A DNA stretch of 48,925 nt from a virus (taxonomy: Duplodnaviria > Caudoviricetes). The translations under genes were made by a program, and so were the position numbers. The notes below the pieces were generated by a model. The model was not told the origin of the DNA. It saw nothing but the letters and a program-made list of their open reading frames with translations, and ran no database searches. Below, one piece after another: positions 10,614-22,000 of the stretch. The stretch is from the IMG/VR virus record IMGVR_UViG_3300037991_004941, positions 1-48,925 of that record. The stretch is one strand, 5' to 3'. The stretch's first letter is position 1; each line of letters opens with the position of its first letter.

Positions 10614-13600
10614 TTACTCAGACCTTAATTGTAAATCAAATTCGACACGTTTGATTCGATATCTGGCACCATTGTTTCCGATGAGCATCTCACCACCCAG
10701 AATAGCTTGCAATACTGCACCAGTGCCTGTGGTATCGCTAGGGTCATTGTTGATCGTGATTGTCGGTCTTGTGTTATAGAATCCATCAACATATTGAGAA
10801 TATCCATAACCACCATTATTGACAGTCACAGAAGAGATTTGGTCACCTGCAGTTGTCATGACAGCAGTTGCTGTTGCTTGAATATCGCCTGCATTTTCAA
10901 TAGCAATTGTTGGGGTGAGTGAATAATCATTACCAGGATTCTGGACAATAAAATCAATAATGGTGCCCGTATCAGAGAATTTATATAAGATACCATTGAT
11001 ACCAACATTAAGATTCCCTGTGTTGAAAGGCACAACATTTCTCACGGTAAGAATACCATCCTGATTATTCCAACTGGTAACAGTTGCTCTAACTCCAGAA
11101 ACTTCACCAGTAACTAATTCCTCAGGGAAATAGTTTTGACCGTTATTATCATTACGGTCAATGTATATATTCATGGTAGCAGTATGGGGCACACCCTCAC
11201 TCAAACCACCTGCTTCCAGAATAGTTGCATACTTGAATGGGATAGATGCATCTTTAACCTGATCACCAACTTGGAATAAGGTTGTGTTTTGTCCACCAAT
11301 GGTTTCCTCAATACCATATAGAGAACTGAAGATACCACCATCAAGAGCAATTTGATTCACATAGTCTGTGCCTGTGTTATCGAGATCAGGAATACCATCA
11401 CCAATAAATGTGCCAGGATTTGCAGGGTCTTCTACATTGTCATCATTAAATCTTCTATCAGTCAATAATCCAATAGGTTCTGTCAGCAGGACGATACTGC
11501 TACCAAGCTCTTCTTCCAGGACGTGTGGATTGAAACCAGAAGGTGCAGATGCTGCAACACCAGCGTCAAATTGGACGATAGCATCTTCGGTAGAAGGAAT
11601 GCCACCATCGATGAATGCTAATTCATCAACTTCAAAGGTAACCAGCAATTCTCTGGTTGATGGATTCCAATCATATACTTTAGCAATCTTATTATTTTGA
11701 TTTTCAATTCTACGAATTACTCTATCACCAACATTATAATCATATGTGGAATTGCCATCACTATCATTCTGAGTTGTATCCAGAATGACCCGTTGATCAT
11801 ATTTGAAATTTTTACCTCTAGTTACATTCTGGAATTTTTCTCTTGATTTGGATGTATATGAAACAATTTCATTTCCGATAATCAAGCTACCAGATCCAGG
11901 GAATGCATCAGTGCTATCGACAAAAATATCAGTAGAAGAAGAATCTAGATCTGTTAAAAGACCAGTAATATAATTTTCTACCGAGTTGTTTGCCTGTCTA
12001 GCTCTAATTTTTCTCTTGAGATTGACAAGTTTGGTAAAGATAACATTAGGTGGATTGGTATAGTCATTACCAGGATCAGTAACTGTAATGCCTGTAATGA
12101 CACCCTGATCAACTGTAGCAACTGCCTTAGCGCCGATTCCACCACCGCCAGTAATTAAAATGTAGGGTGCTTCTTGATAGAATTCGCCAGGATCGTTAAT
12201 AGAGATGCTAGTAACTTTACCTGCCGTATTGATCTGCGCTCTACCTCTTGCACCTTGTCCACCACCACCTTCAAAAATAAGTGTTGGAGGTGTAGCAAAA
12301 CTTCTACCTTCTTGGAGCAGAGACAAACTAGTTACAGTTTGGACAACTGGGGACGCTGTAGCGCCAGATCCTTCTCCACCGAGAATTCTTGCCTGTGCTG
12401 GTCCAAAGTATCCATCACCGTTACGAGTCATTTTTACATAACCCACAGTGCCATTATTATTCAAAACAATTTCGCCTTTAGCACCAGATGGGAAACTACT
12501 TGCCAAAGCAGGCACTTCACTTCCAGGATACTGTGGCGTGCTATAAAATTCTGGTCCAATTACATATGGATATACTGGATTGTCACTAGAATCAGTCGTC
12601 ATGAAGTATGCATATGTGCCATTAGGATAATCTGGCGTTACTGCAAACTTTCCATTATGCTTATCAAGATCTCCAAGACCTTCTTCATAGATGTAATCCT
12701 GAATCAGATCTCCCATCAAATATCCATCTTGGACACATCTAAATCCAACACCAACAATAGGATATCCAAAGACGTATAAAAGTCTAGGGGAGTTTGCTCT
12801 AGGAGTAAATCTAACTTCTCTAGTTGTAGAGCCGTTAAACAGCGCAAGATAATTGTCGTAAGTTACTGGAGATCCATCCAGAATATACTCTACACCATCA
12901 GAATACACATAATTTGTATTACCAATATCTACTGATTGACCTGTAGAATGCCAACCATCTTCTGCAGTTGAAAGAAGGAATGGAAGATTTAAGTTTGATG
13001 CATCATCTAAATTGAATACATAAGTCTTGCCACGATCCAAATTCAAAAATGCTGGTGCAGCACCGTCGATCAAATATTGATTATTGTTAGTTGTAACCGT
13101 ATAGTTTACAGTGCCAGCAGTTGTTACTATGGGTCTAGCACCATCAATCTCAGATCCAACCTTAAATCTATAAGAGGAAGACATTCTGACAGCATTGCCA
13201 GAAGCATCATATCCATAAGGACCATAAATCGGATATCCATCAAATGACAATCCTAAGATTCTGGAGTGACCCGTTACATGACGAGAATAATCATTTGTTA
13301 ATCCATCAGTATAGAAATCTGAGATGTAGTAGTTATTAGGTCTTTCTTCATCTTCAATCTCAGGACTGAGGACCATATATCCCTCATCACCTGCTGCACC
13401 TGACATGTAGCGATGGAATTTACAATAGTAATAAATTCTATTTGTCTCATCTTCATTCATAATGAATGTACTACGAAACTCATTTTCGTAGTCTGCAGAG
13501 GGCGCTGCAGACGCTCCAGTGCTGTTGTAATACAGTGTGCCTGGTGATTGATTCAAAGGACCATCAGGGGTGGTGCTAAACTGCATTGGGTGACCACCAA

Positions 13601-14807
13601 GATGGATATCATTCGGTAGATTAGATGTATCCGATTGATTCCAAATAATCAAATAATTTCTTTGAACCTGAATATTTTCAGGTGCCAAATAGTATTGACC
13701 TGGCACGAAGTCACCAAACTCATGTGCTTCATCACCAAAATCAATATAGAAAATACCATTCGGGAATGTAACTGGATCTGCATTTACTTGCATAGTAAAT
13801 CCAGTAGATCCAAGGAGATTGTCTCCATTTTCAAATGTGCCTTGGACTAATCTAAGGTAAATTCTACTGGGATTTCCATTTGAATCATTTACAATTTTTG
13901 CAATTTCGCCTCTCGCAAAAGTGCCATCAACTAAACTACCACCAACCTTTTCTACAACTCTACCAACTTCAACTTCACCCAATTGCTCAACAACGTTGAA
14001 AACTGAGAGCATTATATTATCTAACTCAGTTTTCACATTCCATACGAATTCCTCTTTATTTCCATTTTCAAATACACCATTTGTTTCTGCAAAATGGTTG
14101 ATTAATTTATTGGAAGTGTAGTAATACTGATTGCCATCAACGATACCATCAAAAGCGTCTGCATTTTTTAAGTAATCATATCTAACAGAGTCTACGTTAA
14201 AACCTACTGGAGTGTCATCTGCAATCGCCCAATCGGGAGTATGTAACAGGACACCATTGGACATAATGCCCAGTGCTTTATTTCTTTCTATTGGTCTTTC
14301 ATCAAACCGAGGCACATCTTTGCCGCCTCTATAAACAAATGTTTGATTGAATGTTTGGTCATCCAAAGGACCGCCACCAGGCTCTCTTTCTGTGCCAAAA
14401 TCTGCTGGTTTTGGATGATTGTCAGAAACTACAGTATACCTATCAGTGTCGGTTGCAAAGGTGCCTGTGGTTTGTGAATTTGGATCTGACTGCCAAATTC
14501 TACTAATATCAAAAGAAGACACAACATCAGGTGTGTCTTGCTCAGGAATGATAGCAAGTCTTAAAGGATCATAACCCCTTCCAGAATTTAAAACTCTAAC
14601 ATGAGTAATTCTTCCAGATACATCATCAATAATTGGATATAGCAATGCTTCCTCAACTGGAGTGCCACATCCATTGATAGTTAGTCTCGGTGGGTCTGAA
14701 GAAGTATATTCAGATCCGCCTTCTATTACTTTTACTGCTCTTACGCCAAAAACGTCATTGAAAATTGGCTCAATGACAGCTCCAGATCCAGGGATAGTCC
14801 TTGCCAT
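10614..14807 (-). CDS. Baseplate-associated structural protein with YHYH-type and cupredoxin-like domains
   Basis: 1397 aa; HSRILGLSFDGYPIYGPYGY and DLDKHNGKFAVTPDYPNGTYAYFMT (YHYH family); GxGY..P...GGGG.GA repeats; HPM...YYYCKFHRYM. Confidence 0.75.
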   Translation of the reverse strand: MARTIPGSGAVIEPIFNDVFGVRAVKVIEGGSEYTSSDPPRLTINGCGTPVEEALLYPIIDDVSGRITHVRVLNSGRGYDPLRLAIIPEQDTPDVVSSFDISRIWQSDPNSQTTGTFATDTDRYTVVSDNHPKPADFGTEREPGGGPLDDQTFNQTFVYRGGKDVPRFDERPIERNKALGIMSNGVLLHTPDWAIADDTPVGFNVDSVRYDYLKNADAFDGIVDGNQYYYTSNKLINHFAETNGVFENGNKEEFVWNVKTELDNIMLSVFNVVEQLGEVEVGRVVEKVGGSLVDGTFARGEIAKIVNDSNGNPSRIYLRLVQGTFENGDNLLGSTGFTMQVNADPVTFPNGIFYIDFGDEAHEFGDFVPGQYYLAPENIQVQRNYLIIWNQSDTSNLPNDIHLGGHPMQFSTTPDGPLNQSPGTLYYNSTGASAAPSADYENEFRSTFIMNEDETNRIYYYCKFHRYMSGAAGDEGYMVLSPEIEDEERPNNYYISDFYTDGLTNDYSRHVTGHSRILGLSFDGYPIYGPYGYDASGNAVRMSSSYRFKVGSEIDGARPIVTTAGTVNYTVTTNNNQYLIDGAAPAFLNLDRGKTYVFNLDDASNLNLPFLLSTAEDGWHSTGQSVDIGNTNYVYSDGVEYILDGSPVTYDNYLALFNGSTTREVRFTPRANSPRLLYVFGYPIVGVGFRCVQDGYLMGDLIQDYIYEEGLGDLDKHNGKFAVTPDYPNGTYAYFMTTDSSDNPVYPYVIGPEFYSTPQYPGSEVPALASSFPSGAKGEIVLNNNGTVGYVKMTRNGDGYFGPAQARILGGEGSGATASPVVQTVTSLSLLQEGRSFATPPTLIFEGGGGQGARGRAQINTAGKVTSISINDPGEFYQEAPYILITGGGGIGAKAVATVDQGVITGITVTDPGNDYTNPPNVIFTKLVNLKRKIRARQANNSVENYITGLLTDLDSSSTDIFVDSTDAFPGSGSLIIGNEIVSYTSKSREKFQNVTRGKNFKYDQRVILDTTQNDSDGNSTYDYNVGDRVIRRIENQNNKIAKVYDWNPSTRELLVTFEVDELAFIDGGIPSTEDAIVQFDAGVAASAPSGFNPHVLEEELGSSIVLLTEPIGLLTDRRFNDDNVEDPANPGTFIGDGIPDLDNTGTDYVNQIALDGGIFSSLYGIEETIGGQNTTLFQVGDQVKDASIPFKYATILEAGGLSEGVPHTATMNIYIDRNDNNGQNYFPEELVTGEVSGVRATVTSWNNQDGILTVRNVVPFNTGNLNVGINGILYKFSDTGTIIDFIVQNPGNDYSLTPTIAIENAGDIQATATAVMTTAGDQISSVTVNNGGYGYSQYVDGFYNTRPTITINNDPSDTTGTGAVLQAILGGEMLIGNNGARYRIKRVEFDLQLRSE

Positions 14808-14813
14808 TTTTTA

Positions 14814-16034
14814 TTAACTTACGACTGTGATGGTGCCATTCATAAGAGAATGAAGTGTGCATTGATAATATAAAGTGCTAGGTGCATCCATGGGGACAGT
14901 CCAATAAAGCACACTAGATCCACTACCAGTTTGACCGTCCGTATATGGAGTGCCAGAAAGACCGCTACTAGATTGGATTCTAAAGGGGTGTCCACCACCT
15001 TGCACACTATTGTCAAAAGCATATGTCATACCACGCATGACATATAACGTGGGATCCATAGCAGTGCCAGTAAATCCAGGACCAGCAAAGGTATATGATT
15101 GAATACCGTCAGCATTCAATTCCCACCAAGTAATTGGACTGCGAGTTACAACCCAATCAGATCCATTCCAATAAAGAGAGTCTCCTTGAGTAATACCAGC
15201 AACATCAGTATCTGTCAGAGCAGCAAGAGTTGTGGTAAGCGTGCCATTAAATGCAACCGTTACAGTATCACCAGTAATGGAAGTGGTGATATTAGATCCA
15301 CCTGCAATAGTAAGTGCATCAGACTCACTAGATGCTGTTGTTGTGCCAGTATCAGCATTTACTGTAGCAAAACTAGTGATACTAGATACACCAGCATTAT
15401 CATCACCTGGCACCCAATTAGTGCCATCCCACTTCAAAACTTGATTGTTTGTGGGAGGAGTCGTTGAAACATCAATGTCTGCAAGATCACCAACAGTTGT
15501 ATATTGAGTCAACAATTCAACTCTAGTATCACCAACACCACCCGTGGTGATATTCATATTCACATATGGTTTATCATCACCATCAACCGTAAAGAAATAT
15601 CCAGGATAGGTAGCAGCAGCAGGAGCAGCTGCTAAAGAGGAATACTCGTTTTTATATGAAATTTTCGTAGGAAAATCAACGTTACCCGTGGCACCATCAA
15701 ATATACTTGTTACACTACCAGCAGACAACCGAATATCACCAGTGCCATTAGGAGCAACGGTGACATTCTGATTTGAAGATGAAATGATAGAGTTGCCATT
15801 TACATCTAACGCTGCTGTCAGCGCAGTAAGATCTGCTGACACAAAACTAGTGCCATTATATTTCAACACCTGTCCAGATCCAGCGTTAGCAACGTTAATC
15901 TGGAGGTTGGCACCGTTGCCTATTGCTGAATATAGCTCAGTAAAGTTGTCATTGATCTTAGTGCCGCCAGCGCGGAGGGTGTCCCCCGTGTTGTCGTTGG
16001 CGGCAGAGCCAAGATTAAGTGATTGTTTGGTCAT
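14814..16034 (-). CDS. gp9/gp10-like baseplate-fibre connector with C-terminal cupredoxin-like domain
   Basis: 406 aa; gp9/10-type N-terminus KQSLNLGSAANDNTGDTLRAGGTKINDNFTELY, fibre repeats (QVLKWDGTNWV), C-terminal HPF...LYYQCTLHSLMNGTITV. Confidence 0.75.
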   Translation of the reverse strand: MTKQSLNLGSAANDNTGDTLRAGGTKINDNFTELYSAIGNGANLQINVANAGSGQVLKYNGTSFVSADLTALTAALDVNGNSIISSSNQNVTVAPNGTGDIRLSAGSVTSIFDGATGNVDFPTKISYKNEYSSLAAAPAAATYPGYFFTVDGDDKPYVNMNITTGGVGDTRVELLTQYTTVGDLADIDVSTTPPTNNQVLKWDGTNWVPGDDNAGVSSITSFATVNADTGTTTASSESDALTIAGGSNITTSITGDTVTVAFNGTLTTTLAALTDTDVAGITQGDSLYWNGSDWVVTRSPITWWELNADGIQSYTFAGPGFTGTAMDPTLYVMRGMTYAFDNSVQGGGHPFRIQSSSGLSGTPYTDGQTGSGSSVLYWTVPMDAPSTLYYQCTLHSLMNGTITVVS

Positions 16035-16054
16035 TTCTCGCCACGATTTTTAGT

Positions 16055-16062
16055 TATTTATA
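16055..16062 (-). promoter_or_regulatory. T4 late promoter consensus TATAAATA overlapping the gp7 stop codon
   Basis: tatttata on + at 16055-16062, about 20 nt upstream of the next ATG. Confidence 0.8.
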
Positions 16063-19000
16063 GGATCTCTGGATCGATAATCTCTTCACCATAATCTGCA
16101 AGATTTGGTGCTACCCAATCGTCGGGGACTGTAGTTTCAACTGCGATAGATGGATTTTGATATCCACTACCAGGATTAGAAATAACCACACCCGAAACTC
16201 CAACCAGAGCGCGGATTTGTGCATCGAAACCAGAGATGGAGTCGATTCTTACATTGGGTCTAGATGTGTATCCAGATCCACCTGCGGTAACACTGACACT
16301 CTCAACTCTACCCGAAGTTAGATTTGCAGTTGCGTTAGCACCTTTACCAAAGATTGATCCGAGATAATCGAATGTAATCAGTGAGTTAGAAGATTCAATA
16401 ACTGCAACCTCACGATCGTCAGTTTCACCCTGAATGTCAATGAAGTCACCAGGCTCAATCGGCGGGACAATATCTGCTGCCTCAACGTCCTGATCAGATC
16501 CGATGTAGGAGAATGCTACGAAAGTAGATCCGACACGAGGAATCTCAGAGAAGATGATTCTAGAGCCAACAATCTCAAAACCAACTCCAGGTTCTTGAAT
16601 AACACCATTCAGCGAAATGATGATGTTATTTTCTGGTCTAATGGTGCTGGATACAACACCGTCAGTCAGAGTCAGGGAGTAGAATGTGCCATCACGTTTC
16701 AGGTTGAAAGACTGTCTCAACGAGTCGAAGTCGAAAGAAATATCATCCAACTGTCTGAGTTTACCAACATAGAATCCTGTGAAGGAAGATCCAAGCTCAG
16801 GTGCTTCACTGAATTGAATTTGATCGGAGAATGCTGTGTATGCATTCGTTGCACCAGGAGGTTGCAGGATACCATTGACGAAGATGAGCATATGTCCTGC
16901 GGGATCGGGGAAGTATGGATCACCATTGTTGTTGGTAAGTTTGAATGAAGTCTGGACGCCATCAAATCCTCTGAAGAATCTTCTCACGCGAGCGCGTAAT
17001 ATTTCTCTTTCAACAACTGCTGCACGATAGTTATCAACCGAGATAATCGTATCTCTGTTACTGAAGGTGCCGATGACATCTGTGAGATACAATCTCTTAT
17101 TGACGCCAGCAACTTGAATGTCTTGGACCAGACCTGCGGCGGCACCTGCGACAATAATCTTAGTGCTGACAGTTGCAAATCCAAGAGGCACGTCACCGAC
17201 ACCATAGTCACCAACAAAGTCTCCGTTAGCAATATCACCCGCGACGATCGAAACATAGATGTAGTTATTATCAAGATCGACTTCAGTAATGATGCCGTAA
17301 TTAGAGTTGTCTCTCAAGACACCAGAGATAACTTTGTAGACATAGTTACCAACGACAAAGGTGTTTTGATTGTTGACAATGTTGATTCCGAGTCTAACGT
17401 GACCAGCGGATGCAACTCTATCTCCAACCTTAACATCAAATCCAGCGAATTTAGCAACTTCCAGATATTCAGAAGAACTCTCAGGGTAGACAACCGAAGT
17501 AGTCTCAAATTCACCAACCAAAGACGCAGTGTCAAGAGTCAGTTTACCGCCAGTATTTGTCAGGACTGCACCTTCTGCGAGGTGTAATTCTTCAACATCT
17601 GCGGTAGCACCAGAAGTATAACCCTTAAACTCGATACTTTGATCGAAGGTGCCTCTACGATTAGTTACCTGAATACGATCCTCAATTGCACCAATTTCAC
17701 CAGTCTGACCACTCTCGCCCGTGAGGACATTTAGAGCAGCAAAACTGCCGTTTGTAACGAAAACATCAAAATACTTGTTGTTTTCATCTTCATATTTGGC
17801 GTAGACAGTGCAGGTATTTACACCGCTGCTGAGATCTTCACCGACTGCAAAATCTTCAGGATCTCCAACAATATCACCACTAATTCTAAATCTCTGGTAG
17901 ATCTTAACAACCTTTGCCTCATTCTGACGGATGAATTCAATTTCTGCGTATGCATCACTGGAAAGACCGTAGATATTATCTGCAGGTCCAACATCTCCAC
18001 CCAGTGCGACTGGGATATTGCGCGTGCCATAAGTCTTGCCAGGGACCACCACACCACTGCGGTTATCAATCGTAGTAATGAATGTATCGTTGAGCAACTG
18101 GTTTCTAATGATAGAGAAGTTGCGACGAATAACACTCATCCAAGATGACGTGACATATGTGCTCGCGAGTCCGCCATTCACATATGGAATGAAACTTGCA
18201 AGAGGTGAAGGATCAACCAATGTCTGATTGAGTGCTTGCTCATAGAATTCTTCGAGACTATCAAGAATATAATTCTTAATGTTGAAGTCATTATCAGCAA
18301 AGAATGTAACACCCGATTGAGATACATACGGATCAAGACCACCCTTGACAAGTTTTGCACCCCAGACATAAATGCCGTTGCTGTTATCACCCGCGTAAGA
18401 GATCAAACCATCGTTATTCTTGATAAAGATTTGGTTTCTGATTACGCCAATACCGAAGGAGAATGTCAGCGTAATGAATGCTCTATACCAACCATCACCC
18501 AGAGGGACAGATCCGTATGCTTCCACAGTTGCACCTGCATCAGCAAAGATACTGCCGAAAGATCCATCAGAAAGATTCAAGTCAAATACAACATCCTTAG
18601 AAGTTGCACCAGGATCAAGAATCATTGCAAAACGAATCTTGTCGAAGGGAGCAGCGCCAGGTTTTGCCTTCATAACTGCGGAGAAGGTAAACGTCTGACT
18701 CTCAAATCTAGATCCAGTGTCAAACGTTTCTGTGCCGCTATCAAATCTAGCACCCTCTCCGTCAAAGGTTGTAAACGAAGTCAGATTATAGTCTCTGTAG
18801 ATCAAATGCTGACCAACGGTGGTATTAGGTGCTGCGAGATCTGCGTTAAATTCGCCATCAGGAGCAGTAACAACATCGTCAGTAAATGCACCCTGAGTAA
18901 AGGTCCAATTTGAGCTGTATTGCTCAGGATTGGTAAAGAGGTTAGTGTTAGCAACCTCACCCGACACTGTAGACTGGACTGTGCGAGCATACTTAAGAGT

Positions 19001-22000
19001 TTCTACATTAGAAATTGTGGGATAGTAATTGTAAGTTGCACCTACGCCACTAGCAGCAATCGTACCCGATGCAGCGCCATTAGTTAAAGTTTGACCGTCA
19101 GCAAACGCTGTGCCAACAACAGTGCCAACAATTAACATATCCATTTTAGGATACCACTCAAGAATGGTTGCCTCGCCACCACCCGACGACGTGACAGTGC
19201 CACCAATAGTAAACTCATCACTTACACCCGTAAGCGTAATATTTCTTGCGGTAATATAATTGCTAGCATCTGTGGTAACCATGTCATGGATAGTATTATC
19301 CAACATGTCTGCCAGGAATGAGTCATAAGTCCAAGATCCAGATCCCCACTGACTGGTAACTCTATTTTGGATCTCGTCGCGATAGTAATTCTCATTGAAG
19401 AGCAACATTCTGCCAGATCCTCTAGAAGCAGTGCCTCCAGGAGTCAGCGTGTCGATGATGAGATCCATCAGAGAATCAAATGCTCTGATGACATCTGCAC
19501 ACTCATTATCAGTGTAAGTAGAGTCTCCTGTAGAATCGGTAATAGTGTCGTCGGTATAAGGAATTTCAAACGTATAGACTGCTCTATACTGGTCACCAGT
19601 AGGACCGCCACCACGATCGAGAAGCAGATTTCTAATTGCCTTTCTACCGAGGAATCTTACTTGCTGGAAAGCATAGATGGTAGGCAGAATCTCATCTTCC
19701 ACCTGAGTAATACCACCAGCAGCACTCAGATACAACTCAATTGCTTTAACAGTATTGCTGTTACCGCCTGTGAGTAGATCGCTAATTACGCTATCAAGAA
19801 TATCTTTGATGTCGTCCTTGCAGTTTTCTCTACCCGTAGCATTACCAGAAGGATATGTAAATGCACGATAGGATGATGGTCCGAGATTATATGTAAAGTC
19901 TGCATCCAAAACAAGAGTTGCTTCATCAGAAATAAACTCTTTATTGAAGTGGAGAAGATCACCAGCGTCTCTGAATCTGTCACCTGTAGGTGCGAGCATG
20001 TTATTTGCAAGATCGATAAGAGTATCGATTGCAGAGGTAACGTTAGCGCAACCACCAGGATCATTTGTAATACCCCAGTCACCAACGATAACGGAATCAG
20101 TGTTGTCGGAAGTAAGATCACCAGTAACTGCCTGCTTTGCGTAGAATGCAAGGCGATTGTGTGCGTAAGTAGACTGCAGAAGTTGCAGTCTTACATGTAA
20201 AATTTCATCATTCTGTCCGAGATAGAAACTTACACCTTGGACAGTATTGAAGTTTCCTCCATTTTCGAGGTCTGTAGCAATACCATCCAGGATAATTCCA
20301 AGGTCAGTTTTACATCTCAATGTGCCTGCGCCAGATCCATCACCATTTCTAGGCATCGAGAGTGCCAACTCAGGATATCTATCAATCATGTCTACAGCAG
20401 TCTTATCTACAATAGCAGATCTGTTGAGACGAATAAGACTTGCAGCATCCTTGAATCTGTATCTATCATCACCATCAATCTGGTTTGCATAGATAACTTC
20501 ATCAGGATTGAAGACATCGGTGAGAGGTATTTCAATCTCATAGAGAGCATCAACAAATGCACCCTTCCACTCATATGCAGGAATGACTTTGGTTACAGAT
20601 GCAAGGTGATCTACAGGAGAAGCAGCGTTTGCATTTGTGAGGGTATCAGTCAGAATATCAACTAAGTTGTCGATAGTTGTCTTAACATCTGCACAATCCG
20701 CAGAGGTATAATCAAGCACGTCAACTGCGCCTGTGGTAGCAGAGACAAATGTGTGCGTATATTGATCATCCTGCGAAGAAGGTCCAACATTAACAGTGAA
20801 TGTATTTGTTGTAGTTGCAGTGACTGGTAAGACTCTATTGGCAGCAGGGTCAGTGGCACGAGGATATGCAGTCTGCAGAAGATTGTCATCAGCAGTGCAA
20901 GTGAATGTGAATGACTCAGTATCAAGACTTACTCTGGATGCTGTGGTCAGAGGATGACCAGCAACGGTAATCTCCATATCACCTGTAGCAGGATCATATG
21001 TAGCACCAGTAGGAGTAAGTTGCGTCAGACTGCCATAATTGTTGGAGTCATAGATGGTAGTATCAGTAAACTGTGTCTCACCATGAGGACCAGCGATAGT
21101 AATCAACTCATTGTTAATAACTTTCTTCGCTAACTCAGCATACTTCTCATAAGTCCAGAGGGTCTGATCAATTTCAGTTTCAACGTGATTGAGAATAACG
21201 GGAATAGCAGTCCGATCAACATACAGTGCAGAGGTATCCCAAGTGTAACTATTACTTCCGTTACGGAGATCTCTCAGGATGCTTGCGTTTACATCACGGA
21301 CATCATCTTCACAGTTAATCTTTTCATCACCAATAACGCCGTTAGTGACAGCAGATACAAAGGTGTGGGCATAAGCACCACCAGTAATAACTGCATCAGA
21401 ATCAGCACTCACGAATGTGTGAGCATATTGCTGACCAGCAGGAGATATACCAACGTTAACCGTAACGGTGCCAGTTTGCTTGATTAAAGCACCAGCAGTT
21501 GCAGAAACAAATGTGTGGGTATATTGAGATGCTGGCGGAGACATGCCAACGTTAATAGTAAAGGTATCTGCATCAACAACAGACAAGACCTCTACCCACT
21601 TACCAGAAATTGGATCAGTTGCACGAGGATAGGTATGCTGAGTAGCATTAGAATCCATTGTGCAGGTGAATGTCAATGAATCGGTAGCAATCTGGATCAT
21701 GTTACCAGCAGAAAGACCGTGACCAGTTGACTTGACAGTCAAAACACCAGTGCTTGCAACGTAAGTCGTGCCCGTCGTGATGTTTGCTGTGGTTGTGCCA
21801 ACTGCACTGATATTCAGAGTGGTATTGTATGAAGGATCGGTGGATCTGGGATATTCATGATTACTACCATTGCCATCCTGAGCACAAGTGAATGTAAATC
21901 CACCATTCTTGAGGCGAAGTTTAGTGCCAACATTAAGTGTGTGATTGGCAATAGTCATTACGAAATCGCCAGTAGCGGGATCGTAAGTTGCAGTGCTAGG

